Notes: generated by a model not told the origin, from the letters alone. DNA of 64,000 nucleotides from an uncultured Alphaproteobacteria bacterium (GCA_963706365.1 OY970150.1:1338788-1402787), one strand, 5' to 3'; numbered from the stretch's first letter, positions 1 to 10,808 are shown. Made by a program: numbers and translations.

Positions 1-1
1 G

Positions 2-1702
2 GCCAGTATTTTATTGGTTCAGCAAAATAACCAGCGGCGACAGTCTGATATCACTATTGAACGGGCAAAAGAAGATATTCAGCAGCGCGCCTTGGTATCA
101 GGTATGACGGTTAAAAGCCTGCTAAATAATGTAGAGGCGTTACCCGACGATACCTATCTGCCATTTGCAGCGATAGTGGGTAGGAATGAAACAAGGCCGA
201 TTAATCTTTATAGCGTATTAGTTACAGGTGATAGTGATTACCCGATGCAATCTGGTGACCGGCTAGTGCTGTTATCAAGAGAGGACATAAGATATTTATG
301 GTCAGCCGATGTTAGGGATGTTTTACAAAACAAAACCCTAACGCGCCTAAAATTACCAGACGAAAATGAAAACGATAAGGGGGATCAACAAAATATCCCG
401 CAAGAAGAGGAAGAAAAACTCTTAGACAAAGCGTTATTTGTAACAGAGCGGAAAGCTGTCGGAGAAGAGAAAGAAAACTCTGTTAAAGCAACAGCCACTT
501 GCAGAGGCTTATCTGCCTTAATGCATGTTGTTGAAACAGAAGGAGAAAACCGGTTCAGCGCTGTACAACGGGGATTATCGAATAATAAATTGCGTGCCTA
601 TGCAGCAGAGGTAGAGCAAACAACAATCAGCCGCTATCAACCATGCCCGGATGTTTTTCAGCGGCATGGCGATTTACTACCGCTGTTACTGGATAACAGC
701 ATCGCTATCATGGGCGCCGTGCAAATTCCTGGCGCGTATCCGGTAGCAGGCGATATTGACCTGAAAAAAATACTAACGGTGGCCGGTGGCGTTAGCCGGG
801 ATGCAGACCGTAATAATATTCAATTAAACCGTCGTTATTTTGGTAATGGCAGCAAAACCGAACAGCGTGTAGCGGTGGCAATCAATACACTAGACGCCAC
901 AGTGAAAATTAATGCCGGTGATTCTGTTGTTGTTCGCCGTGAACCAGATAAAGCATCGGTAGGAACGGTACGCTTGGAAGGGCAATTTAACCGGCCTGGT
1001 ATTTACGAAGTACGTGCCAATGAAACTTTAACTTCTTTAGTAGAGCGTGCAGGTGGTTTAACAGAGCTTTCCTATCCTTATGGTGCTATTTTTGCGCGTG
1101 AAAAAATCCGAAAAGTTGAACAGGCGGGCTATGAACGTGTGGCCAGACAAATGGAATCTAGCCTGTTGGCTAACCTGGCAAATTTACGTAATGGCGGTGC
1201 CAGTGCCGGGCTTGTGTTACAGGCTGTAAACCAGAATATTGAAAAGATGCGCGAAGCCAAAGCTTTGGGGAGAATGGTTATTCAGGCTGACCCAGATCAG
1301 TTATACGCTGAACCAAATTTAGATATTTTGCTGGAAGATGGCGACTATCTGTACATGCCAAAAAGACCCTCCTATGTGATGGTAAGTGGTGAAGTATTAA
1401 ACGCTGGAGCCATGCAATTTCAGTCAGATTTAACCGCCGAGGATTATTTAGAACAGGCCGGTGGCTTTCAAAAAGGCGCTGACAAAAAGCGTGTTTTCGT
1501 CATTTTACCAAATGGGAAGGCAAAGCCTATTAAACTATCCTTCTGGAACCGGGAAGAGGTAAAAATTCCACCCGGCAGCACTATTGTTGTGCCGCAAAAC
1601 CCTGTTCAAGTTGGTTTTTTTCGCAGTTTGGCTGATTTTGGTTCTGTGGCTAGTCAATTTGCTGTCACTGCCGCATCGCTTGCCGTTATCGGGCGTGACT
1701 AG
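2..1702 (+). CDS. Polysaccharide export protein, Wza/KpsD-like with several SLBB domains; 5' end cut by window edge
   Basis: Reading frame is open from base 2, so the TTG at 14 is probably not the start. Repeated SLBB-type segments (GAVQIPGAYPVAGDIDL.., GQFNRPGIYEVRANETL.., VSGEVLNAGAMQFQSDL..) and a hydrophobic C-terminal helix. Followed by a YjbH/GfcD-type gene, as in group-4-capsule-like loci. Confidence 0.8.
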   Translation, partial: ASILLVQQNNQRRQSDITIERAKEDIQQRALVSGMTVKSLLNNVEALPDDTYLPFAAIVGRNETRPINLYSVLVTGDSDYPMQSGDRLVLLSREDIRYLWSADVRDVLQNKTLTRLKLPDENENDKGDQQNIPQEEEEKLLDKALFVTERKAVGEEKENSVKATATCRGLSALMHVVETEGENRFSAVQRGLSNNKLRAYAAEVEQTTISRYQPCPDVFQRHGDLLPLLLDNSIAIMGAVQIPGAYPVAGDIDLKKILTVAGGVSRDADRNNIQLNRRYFGNGSKTEQRVAVAINTLDATVKINAGDSVVVRREPDKASVGTVRLEGQFNRPGIYEVRANETLTSLVERAGGLTELSYPYGAIFAREKIRKVEQAGYERVARQMESSLLANLANLRNGGASAGLVLQAVNQNIEKMREAKALGRMVIQADPDQLYAEPNLDILLEDGDYLYMPKRPSYVMVSGEVLNAGAMQFQSDLTAEDYLEQAGGFQKGADKKRVFVILPNGKAKPIKLSFWNREEVKIPPGSTIVVPQNPVQVGFFRSLADFGSVASQFAVTAASLAVIGRD

Positions 1703-4156
1703 GGCGCATCTAAACTATCTTGGCAGGGGGCTGTTTGTATTAACCTTACTGTTGCGCGTATCGTCTTTGCAGGCATCCCCTGACTTGCCAGAGTATGAGC
1801 CGCCGCAATGGCAGCCAAGCTATACAGATGTTGGCGGCGTAGGGCTTATGCAAATGCCAACAGCACGCGTTATGCCAGATGGCCAGCTCAATTTTGGTTA
1901 TTCAACTATTTTTCCTTATAAAAGAATTTTCTTAACCGTACAGGGATTACCATGGCTGGAAGCAACATTTCGTATTACTGAAATTACCAATCGTATTGAG
2001 CCAGGATCATTGGCTTTTGACGATACGCAAAGTTTTTATGACCGGGGTATTGATCTGAAAATCAGGTTGGTAGAAGAATCAGAATACTGGCCTGAACTGG
2101 CGCTGGGGGTACGTGATATTGGGGGAACAAACTTGTTTTCTTCTGAATATCTGGTTGCTAGCCGACGATACTATAACTGGGATTTTACTGGCGGTATTGC
2201 TTGGGGAAATATGGGGAGCCGTGGGCATTTGTCTAATCCGTTCGCCGATTTAAATAATGAATTTGGCGATCGCGCGGCTAGTGGTACAAACACAGCGGGA
2301 AGCTTTCAGAACAGCTTTTTTAAAGGTGAGAATATTGGCCTATTCGGTGGTGTTGAATATCAAATTCCTGATTACGGCGTGCGTTTCAAAGTAGAATACG
2401 ATGGTAATAACTACGAAAAAGAACCATTAAGCAACCGCTTTGAGGTCGATAGCCCTATAAATTTTGGCATGGAGTATCACCCTTATGATTGGCTGCATCT
2501 GGCGGCTTCTTGGCAGCGAGGGAATGAGGCGATGCTACGGGTCAATCTGAATCAGTCTTTAAAAGAGGCTGCCGCTGTGCCAAAACTTTTAGATAAGCCC
2601 GCAGTGCAACTATTGCCGCGTTCGACAACAGATTTAATACCTTTAACCATAGATAACATTGACCAATCATGCGGTGTTAGTGACGCTGTTAATGTTAAGC
2701 TGGTGCGCATTGAAGAAAGTACCGCCATATTTCATCTTAATAATAATTGTCAGCCTGATAATGTTGCCTTTCAGCGAGAAATTAGCATGCTGTTGGGGGG
2801 GATAGAGGGGATATCACAGTACAGTTTCTATTGGCAGGGTATGATAAAGGTGGCACATTTTGATGCCATTCCAACGGCTGAAACACTTTATACTATTCTG
2901 GATGAAAAATATAATCAGCGTAAGGTGGACACGGATTATGCCATTTTACAAACAGAGGAAAAACTGGCAGCCGCGTTGGCTAAAGGAAAATTTCAGCGTA
3001 AATGCCATTAATTTTGATGCGCATACAGCCACAGTATGGCTTTCACAGGGAACATGGCGGCGGGTGCCGCAAGCGGCAGGTCGTATTGCCCGCGTTATAG
3101 CCAATCATACCCCTAAAAATATTAGTGATATTACGATAGTATTTCTAGAGAATGGCCTTATTGCCAATAAAGTAACCATGCCTATAAACACGGTTGAGAA
3201 AATAGATTCTGCCCCACAACTTGCCTGGCATGAAGGGCATTTGGATAATAAAGCGACAGATTATGATGATGCCAGTTATATTAATACAAATCGCTATCCT
3301 GCATTTGACTGGTCAATAACACCGGGCTATCGCCAAAACTTTGGTGGGCCTGATGCTTATTATGTTTATCAACTATATTTGTCGCTAAGTGCGTCTTTCC
3401 AGCCAGTGCGTGGCTTGATATTTTCCGGTAATTATGGCCAAAATATTCACAACACTTTTGACGAGCTACAATTGGAGTCTACCAGTGTGCTTCCTCGCGT
3501 GCGTAGTGATGTTTCAGAATATCTGAAACAGGGCGATAGCGGTATTAACAGCTTGCAGGCCAGTTATTTATTTAATGTGATGCCCAATGAAATTAGCGGG
3601 TTATATGGGCGTGCCAGTGCCGGTATTTTTGAATTAATGTTTGGCGGTGTGGGCGGAGAAATTCTCTATGCACCGCATGGTAAACGCTGGGCAGTGGGGG
3701 CAGATTATAATTATGTTCGTCAGCGCGATTTTGACGCCGGTTTCGGTTTTCAGGACTATGACATTTGGACAGGACACTTAAACTTTTATTATGACTTGCC
3801 GTTTTATAATATGAATGCTGAACTAAATGTCGGGCGTTACTTGGCGGGGGACGATGGGGCAACGCTTAACCCTTGCCCGCCGTTTTGACAGTGGGGTTGA
3901 ATTAGGTATTTTCGCCACTGTTACCGATGTACCGGCTGAAAAGTTTGGTGAAGGAAGTTTTGACAAAGGTTTTTATCTAAGCTTCCCATTAGATATGTTC
4001 TTTATTAAGTCTTCAAAAGCACGTCGAAGTATCGTTTTCCGCCCGGTAACGCGGGATGGCGGGGCAAAGTTAGCGCAACCCTATCGATTATATTCCCTTA
4101 TCGAAAGTCATCGTTATCATAATATGGATAGAGACTGGCGTTTTGTTGATGAATAA
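1695..4156 (+). pseudogene. YjbH/GfcD-family outer-membrane polysaccharide-export protein gene, split over three frames
   Basis: ORFs 1584-3011, 2860-3888 and 3827-4156 read end to end as one YjbH-type protein: N-terminus GGVGLMQMPTARVMPDG, middle GRIARVIANHTP, C-terminus GRYLAGDDGATL / TLARRFDSGVELGIFATVTDVPAEKFGEGSFDKGFYLSFP. The frame changes near 2985-2992 (A-run) and near 3869 (one extra base). Likely start is GTG 1695 overlapping the upstream stop (GTGACTAG), followed by a signal-like LFVLTLLLRVSSLQA. Confidence 0.65.
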
Positions 4157-4183
4157 CAGTTTCAAAACAGCTATATAATACGG

Positions 4184-5254
4184 GTGGTTATCAAGAAAAA
4201 ACGTGCGATTGTTGCAATGTCTGGCGGGGTGGATTCCTCTGTTGTGGCAGCAATACTTCATGAGCAAGGCTATGAGGTGGTGGGCATTACCCTGCAACTG
4301 TATGACCACCAAGGGGCAGTTACGAATAAAACCTGTTGTGCGGGGCAAGATATTCAGGATGCAAAAAATGTTGCATCGCATATAGGATTTCGACATTACA
4401 CTCTAGACTACGAAAGCCGCTTTAAAGAAGCGGTTATAGAAGAATTTGCGGATAGCTATTTGAACGGTGAAACGCCTGTTCCCTGCATTCGCTGTAATCA
4501 ATCGGTAAAATTTGTGGATCTTTTAAAAACAGCCAAAGAATTAAACGGCGATTTTTTAGCCACCGGGCATTACGTGCAACGCATTGAAGGCCACAAACCA
4601 GAACTGCATTCCGGAAATGATAAAACAAAAGATCAAAGCTATTTTCTGTTTGCTACGACGCAACAGCAACTAGATTATTTGCGTTTTCCCCTGGGGCATC
4701 AAAGTAAAGCAGAAACCAGAAGTTTAGCCGAAAAATATAGCCTACCCGTAGCAGAAAAACCTGATAGTCAGGACATTTGTTTCGTGCCGAATGGTAAATA
4801 CAGTGATCTTGTGCGTAAGCTACGCCCAGCATCCGATAACTCGGGTGATATAATCGACATGCAGGGCAATGTTCTGGGGCAACATAACGGTATTATTAAT
4901 TTCACTATAGGCCAGCGGCGCGGCATCGGTGTTGGCGGAACCGAAGAACCACTTTATGTTATTAGGTTAAATGCGGCAAATAACCAGGTGATTGTAGGTA
5001 GTAAAACAGCCTTGGCAAAACCAGCAATCCAATTGAAAGAAGTAAACTGGCTTGGAGATAAACCTTTTACAGATACGCAAGCTATCAGCGTCAAAATTCG
5101 CTCAACAAGACCTCCTGTAGAAGCAGTGTTACATGCCCTGGAAAACAAGAAAGCGGCTATTGTTTTCAGTGAGCCGCAATATGGCGTGGCCGCAGGTCAA
5201 GCTGCTGTATTTTATAATGGTAGTCGGGTGTTGGGCGGCGGTTGGATTTGTTAA
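4184..5254 (+). CDS. mnmA: tRNA 2-thiouridine(34) synthase MnmA
   Basis: PP-loop [10 protein letters not shown] at the N-terminus, conserved CIRCN motif, typical 356-aa length, GTG start. Confidence 0.93.
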   Translation: MVIKKKRAIVAMSGGVDSSVVAAILHEQGYEVVGITLQLYDHQGAVTNKTCCAGQDIQDAKNVASHIGFRHYTLDYESRFKEAVIEEFADSYLNGETPVPCIRCNQSVKFVDLLKTAKELNGDFLATGHYVQRIEGHKPELHSGNDKTKDQSYFLFATTQQQLDYLRFPLGHQSKAETRSLAEKYSLPVAEKPDSQDICFVPNGKYSDLVRKLRPASDNSGDIIDMQGNVLGQHNGIINFTIGQRRGIGVGGTEEPLYVIRLNAANNQVIVGSKTALAKPAIQLKEVNWLGDKPFTDTQAISVKIRSTRPPVEAVLHALENKKAAIVFSEPQYGVAAGQAAVFYNGSRVLGGGWIC

Positions 5255-5260
5255 AATTCA

Positions 5261-5300
5261 GAACCAGTCACCTAAATCACTCATTGTAGGTGACTAGTTC
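5261..5300. terminator. Hairpin between convergent mnmA and ccmA (possible bidirectional terminator)
   Basis: GAACCAGTCACCTA ... TAGGTGACTAGTTC inverted repeat with a 12-nt loop. The flanking T-tract is weak, and better on the ccmA side. Confidence 0.4.
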
Positions 5301-5305
5301 TCAGT

Positions 5306-5905
5306 TTACCATTGATCAAAATCTTCCTCTACAACGGCGGGCTTTAGCTCTATAACTTGTAAATTGTTTGTAAAATAGTATTGCCATATTGTTTTTTGGT
5401 GCACTGCGGCAATTATAGTACCACTGTTATTAGTATACTCATTACAACGATGTAGAAATCTATCTTGAGAATTTTGATCCAGTGCCGTTAAAGGTTCATC
5501 CAATAACCATAATTTCTTTTTCAAGTTATACCAGCAGCTAGATAATGCGAGTCGTTGCTGTTGGCCGGCTGACAATATGCCCGTTTTGCCTGTAATATTG
5601 TCCAGGAATACGGATAGGCTTTGCTGATTATTGGGGGCACCTTTATAAAAATCTTGATAAAATTTCAAATGCTGCGCCACATTCAAATTATAGTGCAGTG
5701 GCAGATTATGGCCTAGATAATGCAGGCTATCTGAAATAGCTTTGGCAGTTAACCCTGCCATATTTCTTAGGGCACTGCTTTTACCAATACCGTTATCGCC
5801 AGTCAGTAAAATAACGCTACCTTTTTTTATTTCAAAATCAAAAGGTTGACATAATATCTTATTTTCTCTTTGGACAATAAATTGTTGAAAGAACTCATTC
5901 TGCAC
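5306..5905 (-). CDS. ccmA: Heme exporter ATP-binding protein CcmA
   Basis: Walker A GDNGIGKSS, signature LSAGQQQRLAL, Walker B LWLLDEP; about 200 aa as for CcmA. Confidence 0.85.
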   Translation of the reverse strand: MQNEFFQQFIVQRENKILCQPFDFEIKKGSVILLTGDNGIGKSSALRNMAGLTAKAISDSLHYLGHNLPLHYNLNVAQHLKFYQDFYKGAPNNQQSLSVFLDNITGKTGILSAGQQQRLALSSCWYNLKKKLWLLDEPLTALDQNSQDRFLHRCNEYTNNSGTIIAAVHQKTIWQYYFTNNLQVIELKPAVVEEDFDQW

Positions 5906-5953
5906 AGATTATTATTTCCATTATAAAATATTAGACTATGATACAATTTAAAT

Positions 5954-6970
5954 ATGCAGCAAGGCAATACGGTAATGGTAACAGGGGGGGCTGGTTATAT
6001 TGGTAGCCACACTGCCTATGCGCTGATTGAAAATGGCTGGAACGTCATTGTGGTGGATGACCTTTCCACCGGTTTAAAAGAGCTAGTGCCACAAGAAGCC
6101 ACTTTTTACCATTGTAATATAAGCGACTATCAGGCTATCGATAATATTATTCAACGCCACAATATTATGGCTATTATGCATTTTGCCGGCTCTATTGTGG
6201 TGCCGGAATCTGTGGTACAGCCGCTTAAATATTATCAAAATAATACTTCTAACAGTATTAGCCTTATTCGGGTGGCACAAAAAAATGCGTTAAAAGCCTT
6301 TGTTTTTTCTTCTACGGCTGCTGTTTATGGCCACTGCGAAAGTATGCCCATAACAGAAGACGCGCCGAAAAATCCTATGAACCCTTATGGAATGTCAAAA
6401 TTGATGACAGAACATATTCTTCAAAATAACTGGGCGGCCAATCGACATCAGGCCATGCCTTACGGTATTTTACGTTACTTTAATGTGGCCGGTGCCGATG
6501 CACAGGGGCGTAGCGGGCAGTATAGTAAACAAAGCACCCACCTTATTAAAATAATTGCCGAGGCCGTAACGGGGAAACGAGATGGCTTGTCTATTTATGG
6601 ACAAGATTATAACACGCCTGATGGAACCTGCGTACGTGATTACATTCATGTTTCTGACCTGGCTGATGCGCATGTATTAACGCTTGAACATTTGCTGGAA
6701 TCACAAAAGCCTTTAATTGCCAACTGTGGTTATGGTAAGGGCATTTCTGTTAAAGAAGTTGTAGGCGTTGCGCAGGAATTGTATGGCACCATAAAATTGC
6801 ATATAAAAATGGCAGAGCGCAGGGCAGGGGATTCAGCCGAACTTGTTGCAGACAACACCGCCATTCGCGAAATGTTAGGGTGGGAACCAAACCATCAATC
6901 CCTGGCCAGTATGATTAAAAGCGCCGTGGCCTGGGAAGAAATTATGCAAAAAAGCAAATTAGCTGCCTAG
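5954..6970 (+). CDS. galE: UDP-glucose 4-epimerase
   Basis: VTGGAGYIGSH Rossmann motif, YGMSK active-site region, 338 aa. Confidence 0.9.
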   Translation: MQQGNTVMVTGGAGYIGSHTAYALIENGWNVIVVDDLSTGLKELVPQEATFYHCNISDYQAIDNIIQRHNIMAIMHFAGSIVVPESVVQPLKYYQNNTSNSISLIRVAQKNALKAFVFSSTAAVYGHCESMPITEDAPKNPMNPYGMSKLMTEHILQNNWAANRHQAMPYGILRYFNVAGADAQGRSGQYSKQSTHLIKIIAEAVTGKRDGLSIYGQDYNTPDGTCVRDYIHVSDLADAHVLTLEHLLESQKPLIANCGYGKGISVKEVVGVAQELYGTIKLHIKMAERRAGDSAELVADNTAIREMLGWEPNHQSLASMIKSAVAWEEIMQKSKLAA

Positions 6971-6976
6971 TAATGT

Positions 6977-7747
6977 ATGGATAGCTATACAGAATATTGT
7001 GCAGCAAAAATTAACCTAACACTACATATCACCGGCAAGCGTGATGATGGGTATCATTTGTTAAACAGCCAGGTTGCTTTTGCTAATGATGTTTATGATG
7101 TTTTAAATGTTCGTAAAAGCCAGCAAACCCAATTAATCATAGCAGGAGAATTTGCCAAAGCAGTGCCCGAAGACAATAGTGTTTTAAAGGCAATACGATG
7201 GCTAGAAACACATCATAAGGTATTATTGCCTGTAGACGTGCAACTTACCAAAAATATTCCTGCCCAAGCCGGGCTAGGCGGCGGTAGTGCAAATGCTGCT
7301 GGTATTATTCGAGCCATAGAAAGGCTTTATAATTTACCAGTATTACCGCCTGAGCAATTGTTAGTATTAGGGGCGGACGTACCTGTTTGCTACCATAACA
7401 AACACTGCACTATGCAAGGGATTGGCGAAAAAATAATTTCAGATGCTTATAATCTTCCCGAAATTATAACCCTTATCAACCCTGGTGTTACATTACCAAC
7501 CAACCAGGTTTTTCAAAATATATGCACGGATGATTATAAAAACAATACGATAGAAAATCATCTTTTAAGGTCGGCTTTAAAAACATCCAGTACCTTTGAA
7601 AATTCTTTTAGTAAGTTAAAACAGTGTGTTAATGAAAGAATATATATGACCGGTAGTGGTAGTACACTGTTCATAAAAGCTGCCCTTGCAAAAGAGCTTC
7701 TAAAAGTATTTCCTGAATGGTGGATTTACGAAACAACCTTGCATTGA
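6977..7747 (+). CDS. ispE: 4-diphosphocytidyl-2-C-methyl-D-erythritol kinase
   Basis: AKINLTLHITGKRDDGYH and GHMP-kinase motif PAQAGLGGGSANAA. Confidence 0.9.
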   Translation: MDSYTEYCAAKINLTLHITGKRDDGYHLLNSQVAFANDVYDVLNVRKSQQTQLIIAGEFAKAVPEDNSVLKAIRWLETHHKVLLPVDVQLTKNIPAQAGLGGGSANAAGIIRAIERLYNLPVLPPEQLLVLGADVPVCYHNKHCTMQGIGEKIISDAYNLPEIITLINPGVTLPTNQVFQNICTDDYKNNTIENHLLRSALKTSSTFENSFSKLKQCVNERIYMTGSGSTLFIKAALAKELLKVFPEWWIYETTLH

Positions 7748-7803
7748 TTTTATTAAAATTACTTCCTCAAAACATAAATAATGATTCCCTGAACGATAGT
7801 TTT

Positions 7804-9615
7804 ATGACAAAACACTGTCACATGCGTATTTTTGCAGGTTATTTAGTTTTAGGGATTTTAGCAGGAAGTATGACCATACTTTCCGGCTGTGAAAAGAAAT
7901 CAGACGAGGCTGAGCAGATTATCAAATCTGATGATAATGATGCGTTCAGCGCTGATCAGATAATTGCTGACTATAAAAATCAACAAAACACCAATAGTTA
8001 TGGCACATTTTTAGCTGCAAGGCATGCCTATCGTAATAAGGATTTACCCGCTGCCGTCTACTATCTGGAAGAAGGCTTGCAGTACAATGCCAAAGATAAA
8101 GAAAGCGGTATTCCCGAATATCTTGAGCGCGAGTATTTCTTTACGAACCTATATCAGGGCAACATTGATACGCTGATTAATCAATATGCAGGCGAAGAAA
8201 AAAATCAGGAATTCCCTGTTCAGTTGATTCGGTTTACCCATGCCGTAAAACAAGAAAATTGGGTGGCTGCACAAACAGCACTGGATCAAATTAGTGATCG
8301 CTTGCCATGGAAAAGCCTGCTGGCCGAATGGCTGTCCTATGGTCGGGATAAAACCATTGATAAAACTGTAAAACGACAAGCCTGGAATAGTAATTTTAAC
8401 CTGGGCTTATTACAGTTGGTGAATGGTGACCAAACAGCAGCCTATAATACCTTTAATAATATTACAGAACAGCAATTAAAAGCTGTTGAAAACAGTGGTG
8501 TAAAGGATGCCGCGCCCGTGCATTGGCCGGTGCAGTTACTGTTAATGCAATTGTCATCGAACCCGGGTAACAAGCAGCAGCTTCTGGAAAAATACCAGCA
8601 ATACATCCCTAATGGCTTTGCTGCGTTTTTAGCGAAAAAATTACTAAGTTATGATGAGGATTTAGCCACAACTGCTCGGCCAGAAACAGTGCAACAGGGG
8701 CTGGCTACTTTGTATTTATCAATGGCTACAACATTGCAGTCGGCTAATACTGAGGTTATTGCCATTCTTTACTATCAATTGGCTGACTATCTAATGCAAC
8801 AGCAAAAGCCTTTACTTGCCGCCTTGAATAATCAATTGCTTGGCTATAACTTGGAAAATCAGGATTTTTATACTCAGGCATTGAAATCTTATGATAATGC
8901 GTATCAAAACCCTGTTTTAAGACCTTTTTCCGTGCAACAAAAAGCGCGTGTCTTGTGGAATCAGAACAAAAAAGAAGCGGCAATAGATCTTTTAAGCGAT
9001 TATATGGACGATAATCAGCAAGATGTAGCTATTTTACAAGCTGATGCAGCCGATTACCTGCGTTTAGAGCATCAATACAGCAAAGCGATCCCGCTGTATG
9101 ACCGGTTACTACAAGAAGAAAAAAATAAGGATAGCTGGCAACTGTACTTTGCCCGTGGTGTGGCCAAACATCAGGATATAGGTATTGAGTGGCCAGAGGC
9201 AGAAGCTGATCTATTGAAAGCCTATGAACTGGCGCCGGATCAGCCGGAGGTTTTAAATTACTTAGGCTATAGCTGGGTAGAAGAAAATAAAAACCTGGAA
9301 CAGGCAGAGGATATGATTTTGAAAGCCATTGCACAGCGCCCGCGTGATGGCTTTATGATTGATAGCGCTGGCTGGGTTTACTACAAGCTTGGTGATTATG
9401 AAAAAGCCTTGCGCTATTTAAAGCAGGCGGTGCGATTAGAACCGGGGGATCCTGTTATTAATGACCATTACGGCGATGCTTTATACAAGGTAAAACGTTA
9501 TCGTGAGGCTGGCTTCCAGTGGCAGCGAAGTTTAACGTTAGATCCAGAAGAAGAGCTGGCAGAACAATTAAAAGAAAAGCTTAAGAAACTAAACCAGCCA
9601 TCTGCTAGACATTAA
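7804..9615 (+). CDS. TPR-repeat lipoprotein
   Basis: ATG at 7804 gives a signal peptide with lipobox (ILSGC). The C-terminal half holds clear TPR units (..YLGYSWVEENKNLEQAEDMILKAI.., ..GWVYYKLGDYEKALRYLKQAV..). The ORF-track start 7717 overlaps ispE and is less likely. Confidence 0.8.
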   Translation: MTKHCHMRIFAGYLVLGILAGSMTILSGCEKKSDEAEQIIKSDDNDAFSADQIIADYKNQQNTNSYGTFLAARHAYRNKDLPAAVYYLEEGLQYNAKDKESGIPEYLEREYFFTNLYQGNIDTLINQYAGEEKNQEFPVQLIRFTHAVKQENWVAAQTALDQISDRLPWKSLLAEWLSYGRDKTIDKTVKRQAWNSNFNLGLLQLVNGDQTAAYNTFNNITEQQLKAVENSGVKDAAPVHWPVQLLLMQLSSNPGNKQQLLEKYQQYIPNGFAAFLAKKLLSYDEDLATTARPETVQQGLATLYLSMATTLQSANTEVIAILYYQLADYLMQQQKPLLAALNNQLLGYNLENQDFYTQALKSYDNAYQNPVLRPFSVQQKARVLWNQNKKEAAIDLLSDYMDDNQQDVAILQADAADYLRLEHQYSKAIPLYDRLLQEEKNKDSWQLYFARGVAKHQDIGIEWPEAEADLLKAYELAPDQPEVLNYLGYSWVEENKNLEQAEDMILKAIAQRPRDGFMIDSAGWVYYKLGDYEKALRYLKQAVRLEPGDPVINDHYGDALYKVKRYREAGFQWQRSLTLDPEEELAEQLKEKLKKLNQPSARH

Positions 9616-9667
9616 CAGTTGTGAAAAGGTTTATTGCTAAAACAATAAAAAAGACTATTTTATAATC

Positions 9668-10456
9668 ATGGTTGAATTCAGACTACCGAAAAACTCTCGT
9701 TATACCGAAGGCCGCTTCTTTCCAGCAGCGGCAGGTGTTAAAAATACTAAAATTTTCAAGGTCTACCGTTATGACCCCGGAACAGGCGAAAACCCCCGCG
9801 TGGATACCTACGAAGTAGATATGGATAGCTGCGGGCCAATGGTTTTGGACGCGGTTATAAAAATTAAAAATGAGATTGATACGACACTATCCTTCCGCCG
9901 TTCCTGCAGAGAGGGCATTTGTGGTAGTTGTGCCTTTAATATTGACGGTACGAACACACTCGCTTGTTTAAAACCAATTGCTGATATTAAAGGCGAAGTT
10001 AAAATTTACCCGCTGCCGCATATGCCCGTAGTAAAAGATTTAGTGCCAGATTTATCAGTACCGTATGCTCAGTTAAAATCAATCAAGCCCTGGATGCAGT
10101 CAGACAGCAAACCGGAAGCCGGTAAAGAATTTCGCCAAAGTATCGAAGAGCGCGAAGAGTTAGACGGGCTTTGGGAATGTATTTTATGTTTCTGCTGCAC
10201 CACTGCTTGCCCCAGCTATTGGTGGAATGGTGATAAATTTTTAGGGCCTGCCGTATTATTACAAGCTGCTCGCTGGGTTTATGATAGTCGCGATGATCAT
10301 ACTGGTGAACGCCTAGATGATTTAGAAGATCCTTTTAAACTATACCGCTGTCACACCATCATGAACTGCACACGAACCTGTCCAAAAGGTTTAAACCCGG
10401 CTAAGGCCATTGGTGGTATTAAGAAAAAGATGCTGGATAGAAAAGCTTTGGCTTAG
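9668..10456 (+). CDS. sdhB: Succinate dehydrogenase iron-sulfur subunit
   Basis: Three Fe-S cysteine clusters: [33 protein letters not shown]. No sdhA/C/D is adjacent. Confidence 0.95.
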   Translation: MVEFRLPKNSRYTEGRFFPAAAGVKNTKIFKVYRYDPGTGENPRVDTYEVDMDSCGPMVLDAVIKIKNEIDTTLSFRRSCREGICGSCAFNIDGTNTLACLKPIADIKGEVKIYPLPHMPVVKDLVPDLSVPYAQLKSIKPWMQSDSKPEAGKEFRQSIEEREELDGLWECILCFCCTTACPSYWWNGDKFLGPAVLLQAARWVYDSRDDHTGERLDDLEDPFKLYRCHTIMNCTRTCPKGLNPAKAIGGIKKKMLDRKALA

Positions 10457-10462
10457 AGCTTA

Positions 10463-10707
10463 CACCAAAAGAGCGGAAGCTTGTAATCGCCTGATCAAAA
10501 ACTCCATTATTTGCTGGAATTACCTCTATTTAACGCACAAACTTCAAACAACGGCTGACCTACAATATGATGCAGGCTTTACGCAGAGCCATCAAAATAC
10601 ACTCTCCGATGTCATGGGCACACATAAATCTACTCGGCGAGTATGATTTCTCAGACGAAAAGCTCAAAGATAAATTTGGCATCAAACACCCAAAATTAGC
10701 CACGTAA
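10463..10707 (+). mobile_element. Tn3-family transposase C-terminal remnant (about 80 codons, frameshifted)
   Basis: One frame reads ..ACNRLIKNSIICWNYLYL.. (compare the N-A-I-x-x-W-N-T-x-Y block of Tn3/Tn21 TnpA). The next frame reads ..SPMSWAHINLLGEYDFSDEK.. (compare LSPLxHxHINMLGxYSF) and ends at the TAA at 10705-10707. The rest of the roughly 1000-aa transposase is absent. Confidence 0.55.
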
Positions 10708-10754
10708 AACACAGTGAAATTCAGGAGGGCTGAAAATACCGATTAGGCACAGCA

Positions 10755-10808
10755 GGAAACGAATTAAGGCCAAAACCCTATGGCCGATTTCGTTTCTTTG
10801 TTCTTTTT
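10755..10808 (+). terminator. Rho-independent-type hairpin plus T-tract
   Basis: GGAAACGAATTAAGGCC - loop - GGCCGATTTCGTTTC, followed by TTTGTTCTTTTT. Confidence 0.5.

Noticed and set aside
1584-1694. N-terminal 37 codons of the track ORF 1584-3011
   Set aside because: This segment overlaps the Wza-like gene by 119 nt. The GTG at 1695 (GTGACTAG overlap) followed by a signal-like segment is a better start.
10410-10646. 78-aa ORF overlapping the end of sdhB
   Set aside because: It is not a gene. Its middle part is one frame of the Tn3-family transposase remnant, and the start lies inside sdhB.
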